A DNA stretch of 63,411 bases, counting the filler, from Octopus bimaculoides (taxonomy: Eukaryota), in assembly GCF_001194135.2 (NCBI RefSeq). It is 7 parts of 7 records of this genome, joined end to end, with 100 filler letters (N's around TTAATTAATTAA, not from the genome) between each part and the next. Parts side by side here need not be neighbours in the genome. Positions count along the whole stretch, not along the records: positions 1 to 30,203 come from NC_068995.1; positions 30,304 to 34,925 come from NC_068982.1; positions 35,026 to 38,304 come from NC_068997.1; positions 38,405 to 49,720 come from NC_068983.1; 3 more parts are not named here. One strand, given 5' to 3'. Below the pieces are notes generated by a model. The model was not told the DNA's origin. It made no database searches and saw nothing but the letters and a program-made list of their open reading frames with translations. Position numbers and translations under genes: made by a program. Shown here one piece after another: positions 26,041-39,384 of this stretch; within the stretch, counting starts at the first letter, position 1, and every line of letters begins with the position of its first letter.

Positions 26041-27394
26041 ATATTTTTAGAATCAACAATCAGTTAACAAATACCTACGTCCCTTTTAGATGAAAAAAAA
26101 TCCAAAATTCCAGAGAAACCCAGGACTAAAATTTTACTTTCAACTCTTCAGGGTTTAATTCAACAATTTTAGTTTTTTCTTTCTTCCTCAACAGAACTTT
26201 TCTATGTTACGTTTGCCTCATACCTCCCCACCCTTAACCTCTTACCTTGCACATGCCTTATACCCCCTTTCCTTACATGGACTCCACCTTAAAAGAATAA
26301 ACATTGCTGTTATATTTATTTCTTTATTGCCCACAGGGGGTTAAACACAGAGGGGACAAACAAGGACAGACAAGGGGATTAAGTCAATGTAATCGACCCC
26401 AGTGCGTAACTGGTACTTATTTATTTAATCGACCCTGAAAGGATGAAAGGATGAAAGGCTAAGTCAACCTTGGTGGAACATTGCGGTTATATTAACTTCA
26501 TAAACACTCCTTTAAATCTATTTCTCGATGTCTTTCTCCTTTAATCTTTATTTGTCTTTCATTATTTCTTTCCCCTCTTTATCTCTCTTTCTTTCCTTCT
26601 ATCTTTCTTTTTCTTTTTTCTTTCTTTCTTTTTCCTTTTTGTCTATTTCTTTTATCTTTCTCTTCGTTCTTTTCTTTCTTTCTTTCTTTTTCCTTTCTGT
26701 CTATTTCTTTTATCTTTCTCTTCGTTCTTTCCTTCTTTCTTTCTTTCTTTCTTTCTTTTCTCCTTCCTTCCTTACACTCTCCATCTTTCACACACCCATG
26801 TATTTATGTTTATATTTACCTGTATATCTATTCCCTCACACTCTCCCACTCCCTATCCTCTCCCTCACCTCTCTGCACCTCTGCCTTCTCCTCACTTTAC
26901 GTCCCCCCTCACACTCTTTCTAGCATCCTGTGTTACCTGACTATTCAAAAGAAAAGACAGAGGAGGAAAGAGGAAAAGACAAAAAGACAGTGACATGGAG
27001 TGGGAGTGAGGTGTGGGTGTTTATACCAGTTATGTGTATATATGAATGAGTGTATATAAGTTACCTGTGGATTAAACGACTGAACCAGTTCATATATATA
27101 CACATATATACATGTATATATATATATACATCTATGTATACTTAAATACATTAGGATCTCTACCCAGCTAACAACCTCATGGCTTTTACACTGTACACCT
27201 TAAATTCTACCTCGAAGATGTCCTTGTTGTGGTTGTTGTTGTTGTTGCTGGTGGTGAGTTAAACCTTGAATTTTATTACATTTCTTCTGGCATTATATTT
27301 CGGTAAGTGTGTGTGTGTCTGTGTGTGTGTGTGTGTGAGTGCATGTAACTCTTACTCTTGTCCCCTCTTTCGCTTTCTCTGGTCATAAATATAC

Positions 27395-27712
27395 ATATAT
27401 TGGTGGAACAGCTGGCAAGGTCCATTGGAGTGTGGTGGTATGGACATGTGTTGAGCAGGGATGAGCATCATGTTCTGAGGAGAGTGCCTGAGTTTAAAAT
27501 GAATGAACCGCGAAAGCAAGATCGTCCTAAGAAAACATGGAGGGGACAGGTGGAGGAGGAGATTTGGAGGGTTGGCTTGAGGGGGGAAGATGCCCAAAAC
27601 TGGGTGAGATGGTGAGATGGTGTGAGAGGAACTGCTATAAGAGTGAGGTAGATTCAGCCACCCCCATTAACAGGGACAAACCTGGATTTAAAATATTGGA
27701 CATCGAGTGGGC
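27395..27712 (+). mobile_element. RTE-clade LINE 3' fragment (second RTE family)
   Basis: VEQLARSIGVWWYGHVLSRDEHHVLRRVPEFKMNEPRKQDRPKKTWRGQVEEEIWRVGLRGEDAQNWVRW matches the RTE WYGHV..R / RP.KTW C-terminus. Confidence 0.8.
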
Positions 27713-27744
27713 AAGATCATCAACACACCAGACATTATTATGCT

Positions 27745-28145
27745 GAATGGTATTTCATCTGCCTTTATGTTCTGAGTTCAAATTCCATCAAGATAAAGTT
27801 TGTTTTAACTCAATTCAGGGTCAATAAAATAAGTACCGGTTGAGTGCTGGACTAGGGTCTCTGTAACTGGCTAGCACCCTCCCCCAATATTTCAGGCCTT
27901 GTACCTATAGTAGAAAGAATTATTATAAATTTGTGAGTTGGCAAAATTGTTAACATGGCAGACATAGTGCTTTGCGGCATTCCATCTGTCTTTTATGTTC
28001 TGGGTTCAAATTCCGACAACGTCAACCTTGCCTTTCCTCATTTCAGGGTCGATAAAATAAGTACCAGGTGAGCACTGAGATTGAGTCAATGTAACTAGCT
28101 AGCACCCTCCCCCAAAATTTCAGGCCTTGTACCAATTGTAGGAAG
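27745..28145 (+). mobile_element. Two tandem family B-type SINE copies
   Basis: Roughly 200-bp unit ...ttctg(a/g)gttcaaattcc...gggtc(a/g)ataaaataagtacc...ctagcaccctccccca..tttcaggccttgtacc occurs twice. Confidence 0.8.
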
Positions 28146-29037
28146 AATCATTTGCTAACTAATTAACCAATTAATTGGTTGTTTGATTAATCATTTACTC
28201 AGTAAGTCCATTAACTGGAACCGGTATGATGGAGTCCTTTTGCTGCCATTCACAACCCCCTCAATGAAATGCCCTACCACAATACATTGCTGTTACTCAA
28301 AATCTGTCTCAATAATCTGAAATACGTGCCTTTGCATAGGTTTATTAATATCTAAGATAAATACAATCACAAGAATTCAATATATTTGAGATAAATTACC
28401 TTAAAACGAAAGCCATTCGCAATCTTCAGTTTTTCTAAGAATGTTGATTTAATAAACTTTGTTGCTTCCAAGGAATTCAGGAAATGGCTCAAACAAGGTT
28501 TCAAAAAAGGCAAAAAAACATTCCAAAAGACATTTAAAAAAATATAACTTGTAATGAAATTTTGCTTTTGGATTTAAAAAAAAAATTTTCTGGGAAAACT
28601 TGGCTCTTTTTTTGTTTCAGAGTATTCGACCAATTTACATATTTATCTTTTATGAATTACATTATGTTTGTTCAATATAATTTCTGATTGCCTTTTTATA
28701 AAACTGGCTACAAACATGTCCCAGCTAAGATTAGTTTGTTTACTGTAAGCTACCTCCTTAACGATCATCAATAACTACTAAATATATTATTATTTTCAAG
28801 CATCATTATCAGCTTCTTCTTCTTCTTCTTCTTCTTCTTCTTCTTCTTCTTCTTCTCCTCCTCCTCCTCCTCTTCCTCCTCCTCCTTCCTACCATTTCCA
28901 TTCGCAAGGCTTTTATCAGCCTAAGGGTAAAGCAGGAGGCTCTCATCCAAGCTGCTATTCTGTAGAACATCTATAGAATGTATATTTATGTCAATCTATC
29001 TGCTGATACAATATATATATATATATATATATATATA

Positions 29038-30198
29038 CAGGCCTACCTCGGCTTAAGTTGTTTTGATTTAAGTCGTTTTCAATTATATGGCGATTTTCAA
29101 ATATAACATACTCTTTTACTTGTTTCAGTCATTTGACTGCGGCCATGCTGGAGCACTGCCTTTTAGTCGAGCAAATCGACCCCAGGACTTATTCTTTGGA
29201 AGCCTAGTACTTATTCTATCGGTCTTTTTTGCCGAACCGCTAAGTTACGGCAAAGTAAACACACCAGCATCAGTTGTCAAGTGATGCTGGGGGACAAACA
29301 CAGACACACAAACATATACACACACATACATACATATATATATACATATATACGACTGGCTTCTTTCAGTTTCCGTCTACCAAATCCACTCACAAGGCTT
29401 TGGTAGGCCCGAGGCTATAGCCAAAGACACTTGCCCAAGGTGCCACGCAGTGGGAATGAACCCGGAACCATGTGGTTGGTAAGCAAGCTACTTACCACAC
29501 AGCTACTCCTGCACCTATAACATATGGAAAAACAGAAATCAAATTTGTGGTGGACAGACGTAAAATGTGTCCGCCTCAAATATTGGAATCATAAAATCAC
29601 TAGAAAACCATTAAAAGGACATAAAATCATGTTACTGTACAATAAATAAGAATAAAAGCATATAAAATCATATTGAAATACGTACAGTAAATGTTAAGAT
29701 ACACACCATAAAGTAGTGTAGCTTAGTGAACGAACTCATGAAATCACGAAACCACCAAATTGTATGTACGTATTGTAAATTTAAAACAATTTAGTTTTTT
29801 TCACTATTGTGAAATACTAACGATTATTGGATTTGTTTTTTAAGCTTAAAAGAGGCCTTTTTTTTACCAGGTCTTACTGCAAACCGCATTCATAAATAAA
29901 GCGTAAACACCACCAAATCGTATTCATAAATTTAGATTACTTTTTTTTTTACTGTACTGTATTAAAAAGTAAAATTATTTGTTTGTAAGCTTAAGATAGG
30001 CTTTTTATTAACCATGTATTATTGAAAATGCATTTATAAATAAATTACAGAACTGGGAATGGTTATTATTGGTTTAGCCTAGAGACAAGTAAATTCAGCC
30101 TAGTCTAGCTTAAAGACAAGTTAATTTGACTTGAGTCATTTTTCGACCTAAGTCATGTGTCCTGGAACCAATTAATGACGTAGGGTGAGGTATGCCTG
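29038..30198. mobile_element. pogo/Tigger-like non-autonomous DNA element
   Basis: Imperfect TIRs CAGGCCTACCTC (29038) / GAGGTATGCCTG (ends 30198), TA on the left flank, subterminal ttaagtc/ctaagtc motifs and ggaaccaattaatgacgta near the right end. Confidence 0.65.
29111..29515 (-). mobile_element. Full-length family A SINE nested in the pogo-like element, 9-bp TSD
   Basis: TSD TATAACATA at 29102-29110 and 29516-29524; intact head and tail. Confidence 0.92.
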
Positions 30199-30203
30199 TG
30201 TGT

Positions 30204-30303
30204 NNNNNNNNNNNNNNNNNNNNNNNNNNNNNNNNNNNNNNNNNNNNTTAATTAATTAANNNNNNNNNNNNNNNNNNNNNNNNNNNNNNNNNNNNNNNNN
30301 NNN
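30204..30303. other. Artificial scaffold spacer 44N-TTAATTAATTAA-44N (also 34926-35025, 38305-38404, 49721-49820, 58888-58987, 61191-61290)
   Basis: Identical 100-bp structure six times. The palindromic 12-mer has TAA in all frames on both strands. Confidence 0.95.
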
Positions 30304-30575
30304 AATGTTCCTTTTCGGTGATTTTACGTTTTGGTATCACGCTATATTTCATGTTGAGAACAATTTAGGTCTTTTTAGACACAAGATGTGATCTATTTCT
30401 AGCACATTGAATGTCCACGTTAGTGGTCAACGTCATATATAAAAATGCACTTTAATCCCCTGAGATTGCAGATACTGTTTCTGAATCTCTTTGATTCTTT
30501 AAATGTGCTAGCTTCCTGGTAATTAATCGATATTAATTAATATATGATTTTTTGCCATATTTTTTAATAATAATA

Positions 30576-30610
<35 letters not shown>

Positions 30611-31659
30611 AATATATCAAAAGGATGTGTTCCACATATACAAAAACAGCCATACCAACAATCCAACATACCTCCATCATCAGCTACCCAACTGATATTA
30701 TTACGGTTTCGACATCTGGGCAGTACCATTGAATCCAGCAGTGTCAACAGCACCAAAACAAGTGTTGTTTGGGAAGAAACATACCAAAGAAACCACAACT
30801 TTCAAAGATATTTACCCTATGTACAACTGTACTGGTAAATAAATTCAATAAGTAAATTTCAACCAATTCCAAAATACGTAACTAAACAGCGACCAATCCA
30901 TTAAGTCATACAAAAATTACATTCCCTACTGTCTTCCATAGTATAATATAAACGTGAAAGCTTAATAACCACATTCAATCAATCAATTAATCAAATTATA
31001 GGCAGGATCAAACACTAACTTTAATAAAACTATAATAAAGAAACACACACACACACATAAATGACAGGCTTCTTTCACTTTCTGTCAACCAAATTTACTC
31101 ATGAGGCTTTGGTCGGCCCGAGGCTATAGTAGAATGCACTCTTAAAGTATAGAGTTGAATTTCGAATAGCCACCTGTTGGCAACTTTTCTCCCCCACCCA
31201 TTTTGTAGGGGGTGTTACCCATTTTTCTGGGCTCTTTTCACAGCTATATCCTGTTCGAAATTTGCATTAGTCTTTGTATGAAAAAATAAAAACAAAAAGA
31301 GGGAGGGGGCTTGTAGTTTGTAGAGAAAACGTTAAACGTACCTGAAAAAAAAAACCCTGGTCTTTCCCCACTAATAAAAGACATGAAGAACTATAAAAGA
31401 AGGTGAATAAGTAATAGGGGTGGGGAAAGAAGAGAAAACTAACACTCGATCATTCTAGAACTCCCATGATAAAAACGTAAACACCTGAAAGACTTTCCCT
31501 CTATTCATTACTAAATGTCTTCCCTCTTCTTCATTGTTAAAAGTAAAGAAGCTAGAAAAGATGATTGTACTTCAGTCTAATTGTCATTGTAAATGACTGA
31601 AGCTTTCTTGTCCCTGTCTCTATCACGTCACTCCTTTTCTCTATGGTTAAGAGAGTGAA

Positions 31660-31990
31660 GGTGTGTGACTCAGTGGTTAGGGGTATTCGACCCATGATCG
31701 TAAAGTCATGAGTATGATCCCCTGTGGTGCGCTGGGTTCTTGAGCAAGGTACTCTACTTCACCTTGCTGCAGTCCACTCAGCTGGCAAAAATGAGTTGTA
31801 GTTGTAATTCAAAAGAGCCAGCCTTGTCACATTCTGTGTGAGACCAAATCTCCCTAATGGATTGTATGTCTCTGAAGTACTCAGCCACTTGTGCGTTAAT
31901 TTTATGAGCAGACTGTTCCATTGATCAGATAAACAGGAACCTTGTCCTTGTAACCGAAGGAGTGCCAATTTTTTAAAAAAGAGTGAAAGA
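31660..31990 (+). mobile_element. tRNA-headed SINE (family D-related head, different body); partial second copy at 32283-32430
   Basis: gtgtgactcagtggttaggg...gagtatgatcccc...cttgagcaagg...cagtccactcagctggcaaaaatgagt; body block repeated at 32283-32430. Confidence 0.65.
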
Positions 31991-33344
31991 AAATGAAATA
32001 TTCCATGTCGTAAGGCAAAAATGTTGTATTTAGTATAAACAGTAAAAACTAAGATGAAATAATTACTATTCCAGTGTGTATTCACTCTTGACTCATGCTC
32101 AATTTGATAACAACCTGCGCGTTGGTGTTTATCTGGGGGCTCGGCCTCCAGATCTGTGACACCCACAAATGCTGCTGTTAGGACTGGATTAACACCCATA
32201 GTGACCCAAACAACAAAAAAGATTTTCCTGCCCCTATATAGGATCTTTTTTTGCTTTTTTCCAACCACTTGAAGGTTAATCTTGATCCAGTCCACTCAAC
32301 TGGTTGAAATGAGTTGTAGTTGTAATTGAAAGAGGCCAGCTTTGTCATATTCTGTAAGTAGCTGGTTCTCCCCGAGAACTACATTAATGGTATGCATGTC
32401 AGCCACTTGTGAGTTAATTTTATCCTCGTGCGGTAATGAAAAGTAAAAGTGACATCCAATATTTGCTGTAGTTATTTAACAATGTGTCTATTTATCTATA
32501 TACCAACTTTTCTTTAGATCTATGTATCTATCGTCTCACTCACTTTCTCTCTCACTTCCTTTGTGTCCGTTTTCTCTCCCGTTTTTAATTTAACAATGTA
32601 TGTATGTATCAACTTTTCTTTCTATGTATCTACTTTTCCTGCGATGTAATAAACATTTAAAAACACAAAACGAACGCCATCACCACTCACTGTGTCTCTC
32701 ACTCTCTCTCTGTCCTCCTTTCTCTCGCTTTGCCACTCACTTCTTCCTTTGAAGTAAGTGTGACATATACCACAGGTACGTATGTACAAAAACAACAAGT
32801 AGGCGTATCAACATTATTGATTAGTCTCGATATTGTTGAGGTATATGAATATAAATAATTTTGATTTTAAAAGCAAGGAGAGATAGAGAGAGTTATGCCA
32901 GCTCACCGTCTTTAATTTGTTGAACATTTAATAACAGGTTTTATGGGCAAGTTACATGCTGTGGTGGACTAGCTTCCTATTCAAAGAAGAGATGTATCAA
33001 AACACTTACCATAATAATGACTCTCTCTCTCTCAGTGTATATCTGAGATGGTCTCTTCTCTCGTTAAACTCATTTACTACTCTAACCCTTGAAACCGCTA
33101 TGTCATGCAACTACCAAAATGTGCCCCCTCCCCCAACCCCAAATTTGTTTCCTCATAAGTTTCCGAAAAATGGATGTTTTTTCGCTGAAAATTCCTGCAA
33201 ATTCATTTCAGATGGTATAGATTATGATTATATTGTAATATGATGTGAAAAGCAAATTGATGTAGGGGGTGATATTTCACAAACCCTACTTTTATTTCCT
33301 CATATGCTTTGATGTAGATTACAACAGTGATATTATATTTGTGG

Positions 33345-33557
33345 AATACTCTTTACTCTTTTACTTGTTTCAGTCATTTGACTGCGGCCATGCTGGAGCA
33401 CCGCCTTTAGTCGAGAAAATCGACCCCAGGACTTATTCTTTGTGAGCCTAGTACTTATTCTATCGGTCTTTTTTTGCCGAACCGCTAGGTTACAGGGACG
33501 CAAACAAACCAGCATCGGTTGTCAAGCAATGGTGGGGGGACAAACACAGACACACAA

Positions 33558-33646
<89 letters not shown>

Positions 33647-33812
33647 TACGACGGGCTTCTTTCAGTTTTTGTCTATCAAATCCACTCACAAGGCTTTGGT
33701 CAGCCCGAGGTTATAGTAGAAGACATTTGCCCAAGGTGCCACGCCGTGGGACTGAACCCGGAACCATGTGGTTGGTAAACAAGCTACTTACAACAGAGCT
33801 ACTCCTGCGTCT
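33345..33812 (-). mobile_element. Full-length family A SINE with expanded (TA)n
   Basis: Colinear with 29111-29515. Confidence 0.9.
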
Positions 33813-34479
33813 ATGAATGAATATTTTTTTCTATAAAATGAAATCTTTCAGGGATACCAACATAATAATGATGATGATGATGATGATGATAAAAAAATTA
33901 TAAGAAGTGAATTTGTTGGTATGATTGTTTGACTGGAAAATTCATCAATGACCACCTGCACGGTTTCCATGGAACCAGACTATGAGAACTGTGTGTGCTT
34001 TATTTGCATTCATCAATAGTTTAAAAGCCATGTTGTTGCTCTTGAGATATGTAAAGACTTTGCACAAGATGTAAATGAACTCACTACTAGAGTATCATTG
34101 TAATATTAGCATACCCATGTCACCAGAAATACATACAGTCCTGTCATTTATAAAAAATGGTGGATCAAAATAGCGGGAGAAATCGTTGACAAATGTCAGT
34201 AATTGAGTAAATGTATGTGCATACACAGAATTGAAGCACTTGAACAGATATAGTTGTAATGTCTCAGTTGAAAACATTATCGTTCATTTAATATATATAT
34301 ATATGTGTGTGTGTGTGTGTATGAATATATATTTATACATATATATACATAGATACAACATATATATGTGTATGTATAAATATATATATATGTGTGTGTG
34401 TGTGTATATATTCATATATACATACATACACACACACACACACATATACATATATATATATATATATTTTTATACAGGA

Positions 34480-34900
34480 TTCTCGAGCGAGATCGTTGCC
34501 GGTGCCCCTGGACTGGCTCATGTGCGGGTGACACATGAAATGCACCATTTTGGGCGTGGCCATTGCCAGTGCCGCCTGGCTGGCCTTCGTGGGATTTTCG
34601 AGCAAGATTGTTGCCAGTGCCCCTCGACTGGCTTTTGTGCGGGTGGCACATAAATTGCACCATTTTGAGCGTGGCCATTGCCAGTACCGCCTGACTGGCC
34701 TTCGTGCGGGTGACACGTAAAAGCACCCACTACACTCTCTGAGTGGTTGGCGTTAGGAAGGGCATCCAGCTGTAGACACTCTGCCAAATTAGATTGGAGC
34801 CTGGTGTTGCCATCCGGTTTCACCAGTCCTCAGTCAAATCATCCAACCCATGCTAGCATGGAAGGCGGACGTTAAACGATGATGATGATGATAATGATGA
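34480..34900 (+). mobile_element. Family C element with internal tandem GC-rich blocks and RTE-type (GAT)n tail
   Basis: Repeated blocks cgggtg(a/g)caca...tgcaccatttt g.gcgtggccattgccagt; ends catgctagcatggaaggcggacgttaaacgatgatgatgat. Confidence 0.85.
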
Positions 34901-35026
34901 TGTATATATATATATATATATATATNNNNNNNNNNNNNNNNNNNNNNNNNNNNNNNNNNNNNNNNNNNNTTAATTAATTAANNNNNNNNNNNNNNNNNNN
35001 NNNNNNNNNNNNNNNNNNNNNNNNNA

Positions 35027-38000
35027 ATCACAAGAAAGCCAACAACCACAGAAAACCACAAAACCACAGAAAAACTAACTACAACTGTACCAACAACTAC
35101 AACAGTACAGACAACCACAACAAAGCCATCTACCACAACAGAGCTAACAACTACGATAGAACCAACAACCACAAGAAAGCCAAATACCGCAGCAAAACCA
35201 ACAACCATAACAAAACCAACAACCAAAGAAAAACGAACAACCTCAACAAAGCCAAATATCACAAAAGGACCAATAACAGCAACAGAGCCAACTGAAACAA
35301 GTGAGCCAACAACTACAACAGAGCTAACTATCACAACAGGACCAATAACCACACAANNNNNNNNNNCCACAACAAAACTAACAACCACATCAGAACTAAC
35401 AATCACACCAGAACCAACAATCACAACAGGTCCAACAACCATATCAGAGACAACTACCACAGAAAAGACAACAACCACAGCAAAACAAACAATCACAACA
35501 AAACCAACAACCACATCAGAACTAACAATCACAAGAAAGCCAACAACCACAGAAAACCACAAAACCACAGAAAAACTAACTACAACTGTACCAACAACTA
35601 CAACAGTACAGACAACCACAACAAAGCCATCTACCACAACAGAGCTAACAACTACGATAGAACCAACAACCACAAGAAAGCCAAATACCGCAGCAAAACC
35701 AACAACCATAACAAAACCAACAACCAAAGAAAAACGAACAACCTCAACAAAGCCAAATATCACAAAAGGACCAATAACAGCAACAGAGCCAACTGAAACA
35801 AGTGAGCCAACAACTACAACAGAGCTAACTATCACAACAGGACCAATAACCACACAAAAGCCAACTACCACAGGAAAAGCAACAACCACAACAAAACCAA
35901 CAACCACAACTGAGCCAACAACCACAACAAAATCGATAGTAACCACATTGGAACCAACAGCCACAACACAGCCAACAACTGCAACAGAAGTAGCAACCAG
36001 AAGAAAACCAACAGTAACCACAACAGAACCAGGAACCACAACAGAACTAAGAACCACAACAGAACTACCAGCCACAAAACAGCTAACAAAAAAAGCAACA
36101 GAACCAATAACAAACACAACAAAAGCAACAACAACTGCTCCAAATTCAACAATAATCACATCAAAACTAACTATACAAGACACAACTACCAAAACAAAAC
36201 CAACACCCACCACAACAAACCAGAGAAAAACCACAAGAGAAACAACAACAACCACAGAAATGCCAACACTGACTACAACAGAACCAGTGACTATAACCGC
36301 AAGAGAACCAACAACAGCAACAACAAAAGACACAACAACCAAAACGGAACCAACAAGAATAACAGCAGAACCAGCAAAAACCAAAACAATAATCAGAAAA
36401 GAACCAACAACAACCACAACCGAAGCAATGTCAATTGCACCGAATCGGGCAACAGTTACACCAAAACCAAGAACAACCACAACAGAACCAATTACAACCA
36501 CAGCAGAACCAATTACAACCACGGCAGAACCAACAAAAACCACGGCAGAACCAACACAAATAACACTGGAACCGTCAACAACTTCAACAGAACAAACAAC
36601 AATCAGAACAGAACCAACTACGACCAAAACGGAATCAAGAACAACAACCACACACCCAACAGGAACAACAACAATCGCAAAAAGAAAACCATCATCAACA
36701 ACAACAAAAGCAAAACCACCACTAATGACAACAACAAGACCAACAACTACCACAACAGAATCAACAACCATAACAGAACCTAAAACCACCGCAACGAAAC
36801 CAATAACAGTCACAGCAGAACCAACAACAACATCAACAGAACTAGCAACACGCACTACAGTAGCAACTACAATTACAATAGAGCCATCAACCACATCACA
36901 GTCAAAAACACCCTCTACAGAACAAACAACATCTACAGCAAAGCCAAAAAGGACTACAACAGAACCAACAACAACCAAAACAAAACAAACAACCATACCA
37001 GAACCAATAACCACAATGACACCATTGATAACCACTAAAGAACCTACAACAATCACAACTAAACCAACAACAACCACAACAAATCTAACAACAACCATAA
37101 CAGAACCAATAACCACACTAAAACCATCGATAACCATTACGGCACCAGCTACAAGCACAGCAAAACCAGAAACAACCACAATAGAACGAACAACAACCAC
37201 AACAAAAACATCAACAACTGCAACAGAACTAACAACAACCGCTACACAACCAACAACACCCACTACTGAACCAAAAACCACAACAAAACCAGTAACCACA
37301 AGAGAACCAACAACACCCACAACAGAAAGAACAACAAACACAACAGAACCAACCACCACAACAAAACCAAAAACAACCACAACAAAACCAACAACACCTA
37401 TTACAGAACAAACGACAACCACAACAAAACCAACATCGCCCACTACAGAATCAACAAGAACAACAATAGAACTAACAACAACTACAACAGAACAAGCAAC
37501 AATCATAACAAATCCAACAACAACCACAACAGAACCATCAACAACTGGTACAGATCCAACAACTACAATAAAACAAGCAATAATCAATACAGAGCTAGCA
37601 ACAATCACAACAACAACCACAACAGAACCAACAACGACCACTACAATAGAACCAAAAACAACTGCACCAGAACCAAAAACAGCCTCAACAAAACCAAGAA
37701 CAATAATAGCAGAAACAACAACTACTACACAGCCAACAACACCCACTATTGAACCAAAAACCACAACAGAACCAACAACATCCATTACAGAAGCAACAAC
37801 CACAACAAAAGCAACAACAACAGAACCAACAACAACCACCGAAGAACCAACAACACCCACTACATTACCAAAAACCACATCAAAACCAACAACAATCACA
37901 ACAGAACCAGCAATAATCACAATAACAACCACAACAAAACCAACAACTCCAACTATAGTACCAATAAGAACCACAACGCAACCAACAGCAAACTCAAGAG

Positions 38001-38304
38001 AACAAACAACAACCACAACAAAACTAATGACACGCAGTACAATACCAACAACAATCACAACAAAACCAACTACAATTACAATAGAGCCAACAACCACAAC
38101 AGAACCAAGAAGTACCACAACCAAGTCAACAACAACTGCACTAAAACCTAGCATAACCACAGCAGAACCAACACCAACCACAACTGAACGAACAACAACC
38201 ATAGCAAGGTCATCAGCTACAGCCACAACTCAGGAAACAACACCAAAACCAATAACAACCGCAACTATCACAAGAGGACCAACAACCACCAGAACACAAC
38301 CAGT
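35027..38304 (+). CDS. Mucin-like Thr/Pro/Glu/Lys-rich tandem-repeat protein, partial (large internal exon, both ends lost in gaps)
   Basis: Frame is open from the first to the last base of this assembly piece (about 1,090 codons, one 10-N gap in phase). Repeats such as TTTEPTT, TTAEPIT, TTKPTT; almost no Cys/Trp/Tyr/Phe. The ORF-track start at 35948 is just the first TTG. Confidence 0.8.
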
Positions 38305-39384
38305 NNNNNNNNNNNNNNNNNNNNNNNNNNNNNNNNNNNNNNNNNNNNTTAATTAATTAANNNNNNNNNNNNNNNNNNNNNNNNNNNNNNNNNNNNNNNN
38401 NNNNCTCTTCTCTACTGTTTTTTGTTCTGTGTGTATCAAAAATATCGCTATCAATCTGGGGTAATAATTTGTAGTTTTGAAATCAGTAGTTCTTTGACTG
38501 CTATTTCTGAATTCTCAGTATGTTGGAGTAGCAGGTTACTGTCAATCCCTATATATTTATGATTATAAATGTTTTTTACCGAAAAGGTTTTTTCATACTG
38601 AGCTACCCGGCAAAATTGTTAATTATTAATTTTATTACTAATTGACGATTCCCTGCCCTGCATATCTATATGTATATATATATATATGTATATATATATG
38701 TATATATGTATATATACGCTCGTATGAATAAGGGACACTAGTGCAATATGGAATACTATGTGCAATATGGAAATGCAGTAATAAAATGCCCGTTAACCGA
38801 GCAGCAATCTTTTTGTCGATATATAATACCTCCGAAAATTGTCCTATGGATCAGTTGACTCTACCACACACACACACACACACACACGCACACACACATA
38901 CACATATATATATGTATATATGTACACGCAAAGACGAGTACCACTAACAGTTGGCCACAACAAAATATATAATCCAAGATGGTCAATGCAGACACCTATT
39001 CTAATGTACTATCGATATCAGAGTTGAATACCAGACATTTGTTACATCTTAGTAACAGAAGCGAAATTCTATAACTGAGAGATTTTGACATTTTCAAGCA
39101 AACAATATGCAATGCAGTTTAGAAGCGCATTAGTCAACCAATATAACTGATAATAAAATATACATGTAAAAAGTATTTCTCTTTCGTATTGCATAATAGT
39201 AAAAAGTTACTGTGGCCTTGACATATACATGATTATTCCACATTAGAACTCGTTATTAGTGCATATGAAATGACTTGATTTAGTTTTATATACATTATAT
39301 CTTGTGCCAGGATGTTTCAAATAATGCCAGCACGTTTGAAGATGGCAGGGAAAAAATTCTGTGTAAAAGAAACTTGATCGACGT

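Noticed and set aside
35026-35857. Apparent exact 331-bp duplication (35026-35356 and 35527-35857) inside the mucin
   Set aside because: It abuts a 10-N gap, and the same duplicate-across-gap pattern occurs at the 10-N gap near 23050. Most likely an assembly overlap artefact, so true protein length is uncertain.
34978-38226. 1082-aa Val/Gly-rich ORF on the minus strand
   Set aside because: Antisense shadow of the mucin frame. It shares third codon positions with the plus ORF and stays open because the plus protein has almost no Tyr/His/Gln codons, which are what create stops in that register. Strand still needs RNA confirmation.
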